64,000 nt of DNA, taken from assembly GCA_963719225.1 (NCBI GenBank), contig CAVRAY010000001.1, positions 2,368,001 to 2,432,000 on the forward strand, read 5' to 3'. The number at the start of each line of letters is the position of its first letter. The stretch's first letter is position 1. The position numbers were made by a program, and so were the translations under genes. Below are positions 1-9,593 of the stretch, piece after piece. This DNA is from Thermoanaerobaculia bacterium (GTDB lineage: Bacteria; Acidobacteriota; Thermoanaerobaculia; UBA5066). The notes beneath the pieces are model-generated. The model did no database searches, was not told where the DNA came from, and saw only the letters and a program-made list of their open reading frames with translations.

Positions 1-188
1 CGGTGTCGCCGCACCTGTCGCAGGACCGCCTGTCTCAGGTTCGCGTCGGCGCGTAGGAGGCCCATGGCTTCGACCGTCACCTCGCACGCCCCGCAGGTTG
101 AACAATCGAGCTGCACCGTGGACGTAAGAGACCGGATGGACGCCGTTCGACCGCAGAAGAGGCAGACGGCCATCTCCGAGTCGCTCAC
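1..188 (-). CDS. Partial hypothetical protein with CxxC...CxxC zinc-ribbon-like motif (runs off left edge)
   Basis: Manual minus-strand translation from GTG 188/ATG 173: MAVCLFCGRTASIRSLTSTVQLDCSTCGACEV..., open to window edge. Confidence 0.45.
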   Translation of the reverse strand, partial: MSDSEMAVCLFCGRTASIRSLTSTVQLDCSTCGACEVTVEAMGLLRADANLRQAVLRQVRRH

Positions 189-360
189 GCGTCTCACCCG
201 TTCGCCGCTCTTGCTCCTCGAAGGGGCCGGCCGCTTCCTGAAGAACCCGGCGATACGGGAGATCCATCCCACGCGCGAATCCTACAGCCGCGAGGAAGCT
301 CTCGACGTGAAGTGACTTCGCCGGCTTCCGCTTCGACGCGCCTGAGGAAGGGAAGGAAAG

Positions 361-531
361 GTCGTTCCCATCCCGGTGACCCGGAAGCTGGAGCGCCTCG
401 ACCAGAACCTCGGAGCCGCCGAGCTTCAGCTCACGCCCGAAGACGTCCGTGAGATCGAGAGCGCCGCCTCGGAGATCACGGTGCAGGGTGCACGGTACCC
501 GGAACACCTGCAGTAACTGGTCGGTCGCTGA
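361..531 (+). pseudogene. C-terminal remnant of an aldo/keto reductase
   Basis: Manual translation VVPIPVTRKLERLDQNLGAAELQLTPEDVREIESAASEITVQGARYPEHLQ*LVGR* resembles the AKR C-terminus; no start or N-terminal domain; internal TAA four codons before the natural TGA. Confidence 0.7.
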
Positions 532-544
532 GAAGGGGGACTCT

Positions 545-627
545 ATGCGAGTCGGCATCCTCGGCTCCGGGTTGATGGGCAGCAAGCTTGGAACGCTCTT
601 CGCGCGGGCGGGGCACGAGGTTGTCTC
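545..627 (+). pseudogene. N-terminal remnant of an NADPH-dependent F420 reductase / NADP oxidoreductase
   Basis: RBS-like GAAGGGGGA then MRVGILGSGLMGSKLGTLFARAGHEVV (Rossmann GxGxxG); similarity stops after about 27 codons. Confidence 0.65.
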
Positions 628-641
628 CGATGAAGGGCCTG

Positions 642-872
642 TTAGCCGACCGGCACGCCCACTGCCAGATCCTCGGGAAGGAAGTAAAGCTCACGCGGCG
701 GCCCCGACTGGACGAACGCGCCGCTGAAGTCGATCGTTACTTTCGCCGTCGTGCCCGACAATCTCGCGAGCACCTTGTTACAGATGTAGCCCGGATCCCA
801 GGAATAGGTGCGGCCGTCCTCGAGGCGATAGATCCAAGCGGAATCCGAATAACTAGAGAGTGTTCCTTTCAT
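642..872 (-). CDS. Small hypothetical protein (76 aa), translationally coupled to the ABC1 kinase
   Basis: ATG at 872 overlaps the upstream TGA (ATGA); MKGTLSSYSDSAWIYRLEDGRTYSWDPGY... Confidence 0.5.
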   Translation of the reverse strand: MKGTLSSYSDSAWIYRLEDGRTYSWDPGYICNKVLARLSGTTAKVTIDFSGAFVQSGPPRELYFLPEDLAVGVPVG

Positions 873-2236
873 CGCGGTTCGTTCTCCGATTGTCTCGCAG
901 TGAGGCCGCGATCGCTCCACGCCCGCTCCAGCTGGTACCAGTTTGCCTCTGCGCCGATCCGCGCGAGGAGCGAGTGGAGGCCGAAGCGGATCCGGAAGAG
1001 GAAGAGCATCTCCCCGGGGAGGTTCAGGTCGGCAATTGTCCGCTTGTCCGCGACGAGCTGCCCAAGCCCGGTTTGAGATGTGGGCAACACGAGCTGGACG
1101 CGATCGACGAGCGTCGGCCCGAAGAATGATCTGAGCAGGATGCGTACGGCCGCGTAACGCTCGCCGCTCCCCGGGTCTTTGGCGCCGAGGGCGCTGAGCG
1201 CCGCGCGCACCATCCCCTGATCGTCGCGTTGGACCGCATCTCGAAGCGCCTGGAAGCCGAGGACACGCTCACGAGAGAACTCGCGCACACAGCCGTAGTC
1301 CAGGATCACCAGCTTGCCGTCGCCCCGGAAGAGGTAATTGCCCGGATGCGGGTCCGCGTTGAAGACACCGTGGCGGAGGAACGCACCGACGTAGAACTCG
1401 TACAGGGCGACTCCGATGCGGTTCCGCTCCTCGTGGGACGGGCGGCTGGCGAGCCAGGAATCGAAGCGTCTCCCGTCCTGCCACGCGCTCGTCAGGACGC
1501 GCCGGCTCGAGTAGCCCGGGTACACCTTCGGCACGCGGAGCACGCGATGGCGGGCGAAGAGGCGCCTGAAACGCTGCTGCCAGGCGAGCTCCTGCACGTA
1601 GTCGCACTCGGCGAGAATCCGCTCCCGAGCCTCGGCGATGAAGTCCTCGATGTTGCCGGCCGGCGCCAGGAGCCGCGCGAAGCGGGCGCCGCTGGCCGCG
1701 GCACGAAAGTCTGACGACAGCGCCGTATCGATGCCCGGGTACTGGATCTTCACGGCGACGTCGTGCCCGCTCGGGAGCGTCGCGCGGTGGACCTGCCCGA
1801 TCGACGCGGCGGCGACCGGCCGCCGATGCATCGTCGAGAGGAGCGCCTGGCCCTTCGTTCCGAGCTCGTCGAGAACGACGCTACGCATTCGATCGAACGG
1901 TACGTGCGCGGAGTGCGTTTGCAGCGTCGCGAGAATGCGGCGGGCTTCCTCGGGAAGAGATTCGTCGGTGTAGCTCAGGATCTGGCCGGCCTTCATCGCG
2001 ACGCCCTTCAGTTTCCCGAGCCTCTGGACGAGCCGCTCCAGCGTCTCCTCGTCGCGCGCACCCTTCACGCCGAGTCGCCGGGCTCCGAACGCGACTCCCG
2101 CCCGCGCCATCGTGCCGGCAAGCCAGGAGACACGGCCCAGGACGCCGGAGGGCACGCCGTCTACCGCGGTCCTGAGGAGCCGGCCGAGCAGCGCCATCGT
2201 CGCCTCGTCGTCGCGCTCGTCGGTCATGCCCGGCAT
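869..2236 (-). CDS. AarF/ABC1/UbiB family atypical kinase
   Basis: Motifs KGVAMKAGQILS, AAASIGQVHRA, VAVKIQYP, ADPHPGN, LDYGC; start at 2236 or 2227 uncertain. Confidence 0.9.
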   Translation of the reverse strand: MPGMTDERDDEATMALLGRLLRTAVDGVPSGVLGRVSWLAGTMARAGVAFGARRLGVKGARDEETLERLVQRLGKLKGVAMKAGQILSYTDESLPEEARRILATLQTHSAHVPFDRMRSVVLDELGTKGQALLSTMHRRPVAAASIGQVHRATLPSGHDVAVKIQYPGIDTALSSDFRAAASGARFARLLAPAGNIEDFIAEARERILAECDYVQELAWQQRFRRLFARHRVLRVPKVYPGYSSRRVLTSAWQDGRRFDSWLASRPSHEERNRIGVALYEFYVGAFLRHGVFNADPHPGNYLFRGDGKLVILDYGCVREFSRERVLGFQALRDAVQRDDQGMVRAALSALGAKDPGSGERYAAVRILLRSFFGPTLVDRVQLVLPTSQTGLGQLVADKRTIADLNLPGEMLFLFRIRFGLHSLLARIGAEANWYQLERAWSDRGLTARQSENEPR

Positions 2237-2403
2237 CGTATGCGGCTTTGGCGGTCTCGCGCGTGCGGAAGGCGCGAGCCAACGGGCTCGTTCAAACAAG
2301 GCCGTTGGAATCGCTGCTCCGCTTCAGCGCGCCTTCCCCCACGACCCTGGCGCGCGGAGACGTTCGAGGAGCAGGAGGTCCGCGGAGGCGCTTCGCGCGG
2401 CGG

Positions 2404-2880
2404 TCAGCCCCGCCGCGCGGCCTCGATGGTGGCGATGTGGATCTTCTTCATCGGCATCATCGCCTCGAAGGCACGCTTTGCCTCTGCGCCACCAGCCGCA
2501 AGCGCGTCGGTCAGAACGCGCGGGGTAATCTGCCACGACAGGCCCCAGCGGTCCTTGCACCAACCGCACTGGCTCTCCGCGCCGCCATTGCGGACGATCG
2601 CATTCCAGTAACGATCCGTCTCTTCCTGATCGTCCGTCGCGATCTGGAAGGAGAACGCTTCGCTGTGCTTGAACGTCGGGCCACCGTTGAGACCGAGACA
2701 GGGAATGCCCAGAACGGTGAACTCCACCGTCAGCACATCGCCCTTCTTGCCTCCCGGGTAGTCACCAGGCGCCTTGTGAACGGCAGTCACTTCACTATCC
2801 GGAAAGGTGGCGGAATAGAAGCGCGCCGCCTCCTCCGCGTCCTTGTCGAACCAAAGGCAGATCGTGTTCTTTGGCTTCAT
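2404..2880 (-). CDS. VOC family protein (PhnB / 3-demethylubiquinone-9 3-methyltransferase-like)
   Basis: MKPKNTICLWFDKDAEEAARFY, LNGGPTF, QCGWCKDRWGLSWQI; RBS GGAGG; the longer ORF call runs into the tRNA. Confidence 0.9.
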   Translation of the reverse strand: MKPKNTICLWFDKDAEEAARFYSATFPDSEVTAVHKAPGDYPGGKKGDVLTVEFTVLGIPCLGLNGGPTFKHSEAFSFQIATDDQEETDRYWNAIVRNGGAESQCGWCKDRWGLSWQITPRVLTDALAAGGAEAKRAFEAMMPMKKIHIATIEAARRG

Positions 2881-2910
2881 CTTCGTGTCCTCCGGCGCTT
2901 GACTCAACAG

Positions 2911-2987
2911 TGGTCGGGACGGCGGGATTCGAACCCGCGACCCCTTGAACCCCATTCAAGTACGCTACCAGGCTGCGCCACGTCCCG
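2911..2987 (-). tRNA. tRNA-Pro (GGG)
   Basis: Cloverleaf CGGGACG...CGTCCCG-A-CCA, anticodon arm CTTGA-AT GGG GT-TCAAG, T-loop GGTTCGAATCC, encoded CCA. Confidence 0.97.
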
Positions 2988-3100
2988 ACCGAGGACAGGT
3001 ATCGGACACTCGTTTGTCGAGCTCCGGGGGTCGCTGTTTATAGCATTTCCTGGCGGCTGAACTACCGGCGTTCTATCCTTGCCGAGAGGAGAGGACCCAC

Positions 3101-3562
3101 ATGTTGATGGCCCTCGCCCTTCTCGCAGCGATCGACGCCGTTCCGTCCTCCACCGTCTCGCTGATTCTCTCCGGGGAAACCGACAGGCCGCCGGTCAGCG
3201 CCGCGCGGCGCAGCCTCTCGGACGTCGCGCGCGAGCTGCGCGCGGGGAGAAAGGCCGTCGGGAGCTTCTCGGCGGCCGAGACCACCCTGCCGCAAAGCCG
3301 GATCGTTTTCGTTCCGATGATCGCTCCGGAACTCGAGAGGCAGGAGCCCGAGCCCGAAGTCGTCCCGGAGGCGCGGCCGGTTTATGTTCCGACGTACCTT
3401 CCGACGTGGTTCGGCGGCGGCCAGAAGATCGCCCGCCGCCACCACCATCACCGTGCCGCCGCTCACACCGCGACTCCGCGGCCGGGCCCAGCCAATCGCC
3501 TCTCCGGTCCGCCGCCGTTTCATCCTCGCCACGGCGGCAGCGGATTCTTTCGCGAACGCTGA
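3101..3562 (+). CDS. Hypothetical protein, possible N-terminal signal peptide
   Basis: RBS GAGAGGA, hydrophobic N-terminus, Pro/His/Arg-rich tail; no recognisable domain. Confidence 0.5.
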   Translation: MLMALALLAAIDAVPSSTVSLILSGETDRPPVSAARRSLSDVARELRAGRKAVGSFSAAETTLPQSRIVFVPMIAPELERQEPEPEVVPEARPVYVPTYLPTWFGGGQKIARRHHHHRAAAHTATPRPGPANRLSGPPPFHPRHGGSGFFRER

Positions 3563-3629
3563 CGTCACAGCACGCCGCGCGCTGATTCGACCGTGACACG
3601 CCCAGCGGGCTCGCAGCTCGGACCCTATG

Positions 3630-4028
3630 TCAGCGCACGAGCCTGAAGCCCTGCTCGGCGAAATGCCGGTCGAGCGCGAACGCCTCCTCGAGACCTTCCC
3701 GGCGCATCACTTCGAAGCTCACGCAATCCACGAGACTCAGGCGACGACGCCCCGCGGTGACGAGCGCGGTCATCGCCGCCTGATGTACCTCTGCCGTTAC
3801 CCAGATCACGCGCAGAACGGGTACGACGTCCTGCTGGAGCGCCCGAGTTGCGTCGAGGCCCAGGCGGCTCTGTGCGAGCGCCACCGTTTCCACGAGAACG
3901 TAGTTCGTCGTCACGAGCGGTCGGCGCTCCCCGAGGAGCCTTCTCCAGATTGCGTCGACGCGAGAATGCGGTGCTTCGTCGGCGTCCAGCACGGCCAGGA
4001 GAGCGGACGTGTCGAGAAAGACGCTCAC
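3630..4028 (-). CDS. vapC: PIN-domain toxin (VapC family)
   Basis: VFLDTSA, TTNYVLVE, LSLVDCVSF, ALDRHF acidic PIN motifs. Confidence 0.9.
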   Translation of the reverse strand: MSVFLDTSALLAVLDADEAPHSRVDAIWRRLLGERRPLVTTNYVLVETVALAQSRLGLDATRALQQDVVPVLRVIWVTAEVHQAAMTALVTAGRRRLSLVDCVSFEVMRREGLEEAFALDRHFAEQGFRLVR

Positions 4029-4270
4029 CCGGCAAACGCCGATGCGAGGTGTTCGTCATGGCGGCGCGCGAGATCGCGCCGCGACGACCGAAACCGTCCG
4101 CTGACAGCCGCTGCGCGCTCCCAGGGATCGCCTCCCGCCGACCCGGTTTCCCGAAGGAGAACGTCCACGCCCCGTCGAACGAGCTCGGCGACGGAGGAAC
4201 CCTCATGGGCTGCGGCTTCCTTGAGGGCCTGCATCTGCTGCTCCGTGAGCTGAATCTGGGTTCTGATCAT
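4025..4270 (-). CDS. Ribbon-helix-helix/CopG-type antitoxin
   Basis: MIRTQIQLTEQQMQALKEAA...SVAELVRRGV; 4-bp overlap with the PIN gene. Confidence 0.85.
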   Translation of the reverse strand: MIRTQIQLTEQQMQALKEAAAHEGSSVAELVRRGVDVLLRETGSAGGDPWERAAAVSGRFRSSRRDLARRHDEHLASAFAG

Positions 4271-4281
4271 GGAATCTCACT

Positions 4282-4307
4282 ATGGCGACATGGCGACATG
4301 TGGCGCC
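4282..4307. promoter_or_regulatory. Tandem repeats upstream of the antitoxin, probable autoregulatory operator
   Basis: ATGGCGAC ATGGCGAC ATGTGGCGCC, 11 bp upstream of the antitoxin ATG. Confidence 0.5.
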
Positions 4308-4367
4308 AACATATCACACCTCGCGCCGTGTCGGTCCCAGGACGGCGCGCGGAGCCGTCAACGCTCG

Positions 4368-5741
4368 TCAGGATGGCTTGATGTTCTGGTTGATGTGGAA
4401 CAGGTTGCCCGGGTCGTACTTCCTCTTGATCGAGGCGAGCCGATCGTAGTTGCCCTTGTAGTTGTCGCGGATGCGGCCCTGGTCGTCGTCGGCCATGAAG
4501 TTGACGTAGCCGCCGGCCAGCGAATGCGGCTGGAGCGCGCCGTAGTAGTCCTTGACCCACTGGATGTTCTTCTCGTTGTCGGCTGGGTCCGGCCACATGC
4601 CCGCGATCACCGTCGCGAAGCGCGCGTCCCGGTAGGCGAACGCGGTCGCGTCGGCGGCGACGCGGTTGCAGGCGCCGTTGATCGGATAGATGTGCATCGT
4701 CGAGTTGACGACGGGCACCTTCGGCCCGTGCCGCACGTGAGCCGCGATGGCTCCGTCCGTGATCTCGTCCAAGAAAGCGGCCTTCCAGTAATGCTGGAGT
4801 CCCGGGGGCAGGAGCGCGTCGAACGCGCTGTTGAGAGCCGGAAACGGCATGGGCGTCACGAGCTCGGCCGCGACAGGTCCCGCCTTGCGGATCGACTGGA
4901 GCGCCTGCTCTCCCTTCTCGAGCGGCCCGGACCAGCACGCCACGATCAAACACAGGGTCTCGCCGTGTCGCTTCTCGGGAATGAACGGCAGCGGAGGCGC
5001 GATCTGGTAGGCGAAGAACGCTCCCATCTCCTCGGGCGCCGTCGCGATGTACTCGCGGTAGAACTCCATGATCTGTTTGGCGGCCGACAGCTCGAAGAAA
5101 ACCAGACCCACGAAGACGTCCTTGACGGAGTGGAGCCGGTACTCGAACGAGGTGACGACGCCGAAGTTGCCGCCGCCGCCCCGGAGCGCCCAGAAGAGGT
5201 CCGGGTTCTCTCTCTCGCTCGCGACCCGGAAGCTCCCGTCGGCCGTGACGACGTCGGCCGATAACAGATTGTCGATGGATAGCCCGTGCCCGCGCGACAG
5301 GTGGCCGATGCCTCCCCCGAGCGTGAGGCCGCCGATTCCCGTCGTGGAGATGATGCCGCCGGCCGTGGAGAGCCCGAACCCGTACGTGGCATGGAAGAAA
5401 TCGCCCCAGGTGCAGCCACCCTCGGCCCGGGCCGTCCGCGCTGCCGGGTCCACGCGGATCCCATTCATCTTCACGAGATCGATCACCACTCCCCCGTCGT
5501 TCGTGCCGAATCCGGGCACACTGTGCGAGCCGCCGCGGATCGACAGGTCGAGGCCGTTCTCACGTGCGAAGTTCACGGCCGTCATGACGTCGGCGGCGTC
5601 GACGGCCCGGACGATGACGCGAGGACGCCGATCGATCATCCCGTTGTAGACCTTGCGGGCGGCGTCGAAATCGGGGTCACCCGGCGTGATCACCTGGCCT
5701 CGGGACGCTCCGCGCAGCTCGTCGATCGTGGGCTTGGCCAT
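4368..5741 (-). CDS. FAD-binding oxidoreductase (VAO/BBE family)
   Basis: RGGSHS covalent-FAD His motif, TGIGGLTLGGG, DLFWALRGGGGNFGVVT, C-terminal BBE motif YVNF...KRKYDPGNLF. Confidence 0.92.
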   Translation of the reverse strand: MAKPTIDELRGASRGQVITPGDPDFDAARKVYNGMIDRRPRVIVRAVDAADVMTAVNFARENGLDLSIRGGSHSVPGFGTNDGGVVIDLVKMNGIRVDPAARTARAEGGCTWGDFFHATYGFGLSTAGGIISTTGIGGLTLGGGIGHLSRGHGLSIDNLLSADVVTADGSFRVASERENPDLFWALRGGGGNFGVVTSFEYRLHSVKDVFVGLVFFELSAAKQIMEFYREYIATAPEEMGAFFAYQIAPPLPFIPEKRHGETLCLIVACWSGPLEKGEQALQSIRKAGPVAAELVTPMPFPALNSAFDALLPPGLQHYWKAAFLDEITDGAIAAHVRHGPKVPVVNSTMHIYPINGACNRVAADATAFAYRDARFATVIAGMWPDPADNEKNIQWVKDYYGALQPHSLAGGYVNFMADDDQGRIRDNYKGNYDRLASIKRKYDPGNLFHINQNIKPS

Positions 5742-5861
5742 GAAATCCTCCTTCCACCGATGAATCGTCGAGGTTGAGACGCTATCGCAACAAATTCAAG
5801 GCGCTATGATCCTACGTCACTCGAGAACCCGACAACGACGGCTCGGCGGAGGCAGCTCATC

Positions 5862-8800
5862 GTGACGAGTCTCGACCGGAGCGCACAACGAAAACGTGTG
5901 ATGATCGTTGCCTCGGTCGTCGCTTTTGGCGGGTTCTGTTGTGTTTCGGGCCTTTTCGGGTGTCGCACTGAGCCCAAGCCGACGGCCGAGAGGGTCGCAG
6001 CCGCCGCGCCTCCGGGCGGGATTGCACGCAGGGGTCCGGAGGCCGAAGAGATCGGCTGGCTCACCGTCCGCGTGGAGAACCCGCCGCCAGATTCGCTGAT
6101 GGCGGTCAAGCCGGAGAACCTCCCGGAACACGTGAGGAGCCTCTACCGCCTGCGCCCGGACCGCCGCTTTCTGTACGCAGCCGCGGAAATGGTCCGTCTC
6201 ACCCAGGGCGGCCCGCGCAAGGGAACCGTGACCCTCCACTTCGAGAAAGGCCGCTGGCACCTCGTCCTGGATGGAGAGCCGCTCGGCGAACTTCCCGAAT
6301 CTCCGAGCTTCGCCGACGCGAAAAGCCTCCTCGTCTCGTGGCTCCGTGCGCACCCGAAGCCCAACGGGTCGGCATCGCCCTTCGGCGCCGAGGCGCTTGG
6401 AGGTGTAAACCGCGCCACACTCGAGAGCGGGCTGCCGGCCGACGTTTTTGCTGCACTCGCGCGCCTGAACGCTGGGTGGACCGCGTCGCCGGGCGATCCT
6501 GCCCTCGCCGAGGCGGGCCTTCGTGGCCTGCTCTGGCTTTCGCTCCAGACTTTCGACGAGCTCGAGCTGGCGGATCCGGTTCTCGGAAAGGCAATGGCGC
6601 TCCTCGCGATCGCCGAAGCCGGGAGCCCGGGCAGACGCGCCCGTGAAGAGTCCCTCCTAGCCAGTCTCCTCGGATACGAGGATCATGCGCAGCTTCTCGC
6701 ACGAAGCCTTCCCACGGGGGATCCCATCCGGTACTTCGCGGCTTGGGATCTCGCCCGGCTCAAGGAGGTGGCGCATCGCGCCAAGGCCGACCCGCGAGCG
6801 GAATACCTCTATCTCCTGCGGCTCGCCGAGAACGAGACGAAGGAGGCCTGGATGCGGGAATTGGAGTCCTCCTCGTGGGGCCGCCAAGTCGAAGGGCCCA
6901 GCCTCCGACTCGTGTTGAGGTGCGACCCTTTTCAGCTGGGCGCCTCCCCGGCCACCCTCATGGAATCTCAAGTGCTCGAGGATCTCGTTCCTGCTTCTCG
7001 CGTCGCTGGAAAACTCGCGTCGGCCGAGGGAGGTCCCACTTGGCGCGAGATCGCCACACAGCGGCTGACCGCTCTCCGGCTAAGCGGCCAGAAACCGCCC
7101 GAAAGCCGTCTCACGGAGATCGAAGAGGCGGTCAATCGCCGGGCCTCGGGTCTGGACGGCCCACTCCTGGATCGACACGTGGTGCGAGGCTTCTATCTCG
7201 CCAGCTTCTATTCTTCCATCTATGCGGCCGCCCGCCACTACTTCGACCGCCTCGGTTCGACGGAAGGCGCTGAGAGCGTTGCGAACGCTCTGACGAATCC
7301 CCCGGCCGGAACGGCGACCGAGCTGAAGGACTGGATTCTCCATCGCGTGCATCTCCGGCGCTCGGCAGACGGCGTCCGGGCCGTCGCATCCGACCTGTCC
7401 CACCTCCGGCATATCGGAGTTGCACCGCTAAGCCGGATCTCATACTCGGTGGTCATCTCGGGCAGCGATCGAAACGACCCAACTCGGCGCGCTCCCGTTC
7501 GCGGGTACTTCGAGCGCCTTGACACGCGCCCCTCGAGTCTTCACGCGGCGGCCCGCTCCGCTTCCGAACTGCTCGACGACTTCGCAATCATGGAACAGTG
7601 CATGCGGTTGGCGGCCGAAAGATGTCCACGAGAAGTAGGCCGGGATCTCCCCTGGTTCCTCCGGTTCCTCGGCGACCGGGCGCGCCTCACAGCGCTCGCC
7701 GGCGACAAGACGTGGCCCGCGTTCGTGCGCTCCTCCGCTCTCTCGTCTCTGGCGCAGATGGAGAAACCCGATCCGGACGTCCTTGCGGGCCGCTACGCCG
7801 AGCTGATTCGGGAGGATCCTGGAAACGACGAAGCGCTTCGGACGGCCGTCGGTCTTCTGGAGGAGGAGGGACAGCTCGAGAAAGCAGGACAGCTCGTCAA
7901 CGAGTGGCTTGCGGCTCACGGCGAACACGATCTGAAGTGGGCTGGAGTTACGTCCCTCGAGTCGCGTCTCCTTCGAAAACGCGGCAGGTTCCGGGAGGCG
8001 TGGGAGGTCGCGGAGACCGCCGCCGGCACCTGGAAGGAGGAGTGCCTCGAGGAGGCGTCGCTCGCCCTGCTGGATCTCGGGCGACGAGGCGAGGCCCTCC
8101 AGATGGCAAGGAGGATGCTCGACCGCTACGGGAGCGTCGAAGGTTCGGCGCTCGTTGCGCGGATTCTCTGGATGGACGGGAATGACGACGAAGCGAGTCG
8201 GCTCCTGACCTCGCCCACGAGGCGGCTCGACAGCTCGAGCTGGGCCGGGGTCATTCCGGCCGCGTTCATTGAAGCATTCAGGAAAGAGAGCGACGAGAGG
8301 GCTGCCGCGGCCTTTCTGAAGCTGAACGTACCGAGCGTCCCGTTGCTGAATCTCATCTGGTTCGTCGGGAACCTGACCGACAACGGCCGAGCCGAGCTGG
8401 CGGTGAAACTGTGTGAGCATCTGCGGAAACGAGGTGGGCCTCAGGGATGGGCCACCGTGGCCACCTATCGGGCGTTCGGGAAGGCCCGAGGTCCCGCGGC
8501 GGCACGTGACTGGCTTCGGGCGAACGCCACTGCGGCCGATCTCGACGTCATCGCCAAGCAGGGGCTGGTGGACGGAGAGTACGACCTGGTCTGGGATCTC
8601 CCGGACCACCCGGACCCGACGAAGAACGAGATCCTGCACATGGCCCGCGCGGCCGCCCTTCTCTATCGGAAGGTGCCCTCGGAACCCGAGCGGAAAGGGC
8701 TGATCGAGTACCTCGAAAGCCGCCCGAAAAAGGACTTCGTCGTCTATGCCCTCTTCTTCCTCGGCCAAGTCGACCGGGCGGCGCTGTTCGGGCAGATCAA

Positions 8801-9008
8801 GGACCCCTCGTACGTCTGCAGCATTGGCTGGATTCTCGGGCTGACCTCGGCTCACGAAGGCCGGTTCGAAGAAGCTAACGCATGGTTCCAGGTGTCCCTG
8901 GAGGCCGGCGTGAGCGTCCCACCTCGACTCTGGACGTTTGCCGTCCTCGACCGCTGGACCAAGTCGGGTGGTGATCTAGCGGAAGTGGCTCGAAAGGGAA
9001 TCTACTGA
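5862..9008 (+). CDS. Large exported helical/TPR-like hypothetical protein (1048 aa)
   Basis: Long ORF with RBS GGAGG, N-terminal hydrophobic segment ending GLFGC, helical TPR-like repeats in the C-terminal half. Confidence 0.75.
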   Translation: MTSLDRSAQRKRVMIVASVVAFGGFCCVSGLFGCRTEPKPTAERVAAAAPPGGIARRGPEAEEIGWLTVRVENPPPDSLMAVKPENLPEHVRSLYRLRPDRRFLYAAAEMVRLTQGGPRKGTVTLHFEKGRWHLVLDGEPLGELPESPSFADAKSLLVSWLRAHPKPNGSASPFGAEALGGVNRATLESGLPADVFAALARLNAGWTASPGDPALAEAGLRGLLWLSLQTFDELELADPVLGKAMALLAIAEAGSPGRRAREESLLASLLGYEDHAQLLARSLPTGDPIRYFAAWDLARLKEVAHRAKADPRAEYLYLLRLAENETKEAWMRELESSSWGRQVEGPSLRLVLRCDPFQLGASPATLMESQVLEDLVPASRVAGKLASAEGGPTWREIATQRLTALRLSGQKPPESRLTEIEEAVNRRASGLDGPLLDRHVVRGFYLASFYSSIYAAARHYFDRLGSTEGAESVANALTNPPAGTATELKDWILHRVHLRRSADGVRAVASDLSHLRHIGVAPLSRISYSVVISGSDRNDPTRRAPVRGYFERLDTRPSSLHAAARSASELLDDFAIMEQCMRLAAERCPREVGRDLPWFLRFLGDRARLTALAGDKTWPAFVRSSALSSLAQMEKPDPDVLAGRYAELIREDPGNDEALRTAVGLLEEEGQLEKAGQLVNEWLAAHGEHDLKWAGVTSLESRLLRKRGRFREAWEVAETAAGTWKEECLEEASLALLDLGRRGEALQMARRMLDRYGSVEGSALVARILWMDGNDDEASRLLTSPTRRLDSSSWAGVIPAAFIEAFRKESDERAAAAFLKLNVPSVPLLNLIWFVGNLTDNGRAELAVKLCEHLRKRGGPQGWATVATYRAFGKARGPAAARDWLRANATAADLDVIAKQGLVDGEYDLVWDLPDHPDPTKNEILHMARAAALLYRKVPSEPERKGLIEYLESRPKKDFVVYALFFLGQVDRAALFGQIKDPSYVCSIGWILGLTSAHEGRFEEANAWFQVSLEAGVSVPPRLWTFAVLDRWTKSGGDLAEVARKGIY

Positions 9009-9014
9009 GCGGCG

Positions 9015-9557
9015 TCAGGACAGGAGCTTCAGGATCTCCCTGAGCTCCGTGACGACGAGTGCGACTCGCGGGTCCGGCGCCGGCTCGGCCAGTGTCGAGG
9101 CGGCCGGAGACGCTGGCGAGCCGGCGATCGGAGCCGTTTCGACGAAGAGGGGCATGGCCGGCTTCGACGAGGGCCGCGTGCGCATCGGGACCTTCTCGGA
9201 GGGCCTTCCCGCCGGCTTCGACTTCTCGGCCTTCTCGTCCTTCACGTCCTTCACGTCCTCGAGCGGCATGATCGCGGGATTGGTGTCGTGCGACTTCGCC
9301 CCCGAGGACTCGCTCTCGAGGCGCTTCTTGGCGCCGGCGATCGTGTAGCCCTCGTCGTAGAGAAGCCTCTTGATCTGCCCGATGAGATCCAGCTCCCGCG
9401 CGCTGTAGGTGCGCGGGCCGGGAACGGAACGGTCGGGCGCGAGGACGGGGAATTCCGACTCCCAGTATCTGAGGACGTACGGCTGCACGTCCGCGATGCG
9501 GCAGACATCCCCGATCTTGTAACGGACTTCGGCGCTGGAGCCAGCAGTTTCGGCCAT
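9015..9557 (-). CDS. MerR family transcriptional regulator
   Basis: YKIGDVCRIADVQPYVLRYWESEF...LLYDEGYTIAGAKKRL. Confidence 0.88.
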   Translation of the reverse strand: MAETAGSSAEVRYKIGDVCRIADVQPYVLRYWESEFPVLAPDRSVPGPRTYSARELDLIGQIKRLLYDEGYTIAGAKKRLESESSGAKSHDTNPAIMPLEDVKDVKDEKAEKSKPAGRPSEKVPMRTRPSSKPAMPLFVETAPIAGSPASPAASTLAEPAPDPRVALVVTELREILKLLS

Positions 9558-9593
9558 CTGAACCGATCACTTTTTAGCACATTGCGGGGGGAT

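Noticed and set aside
64-315. 83-aa plus-strand ORF
   Set aside because: No recognisable features; overlaps a more protein-like CxxC ORF on the minus strand. Not fully excluded.
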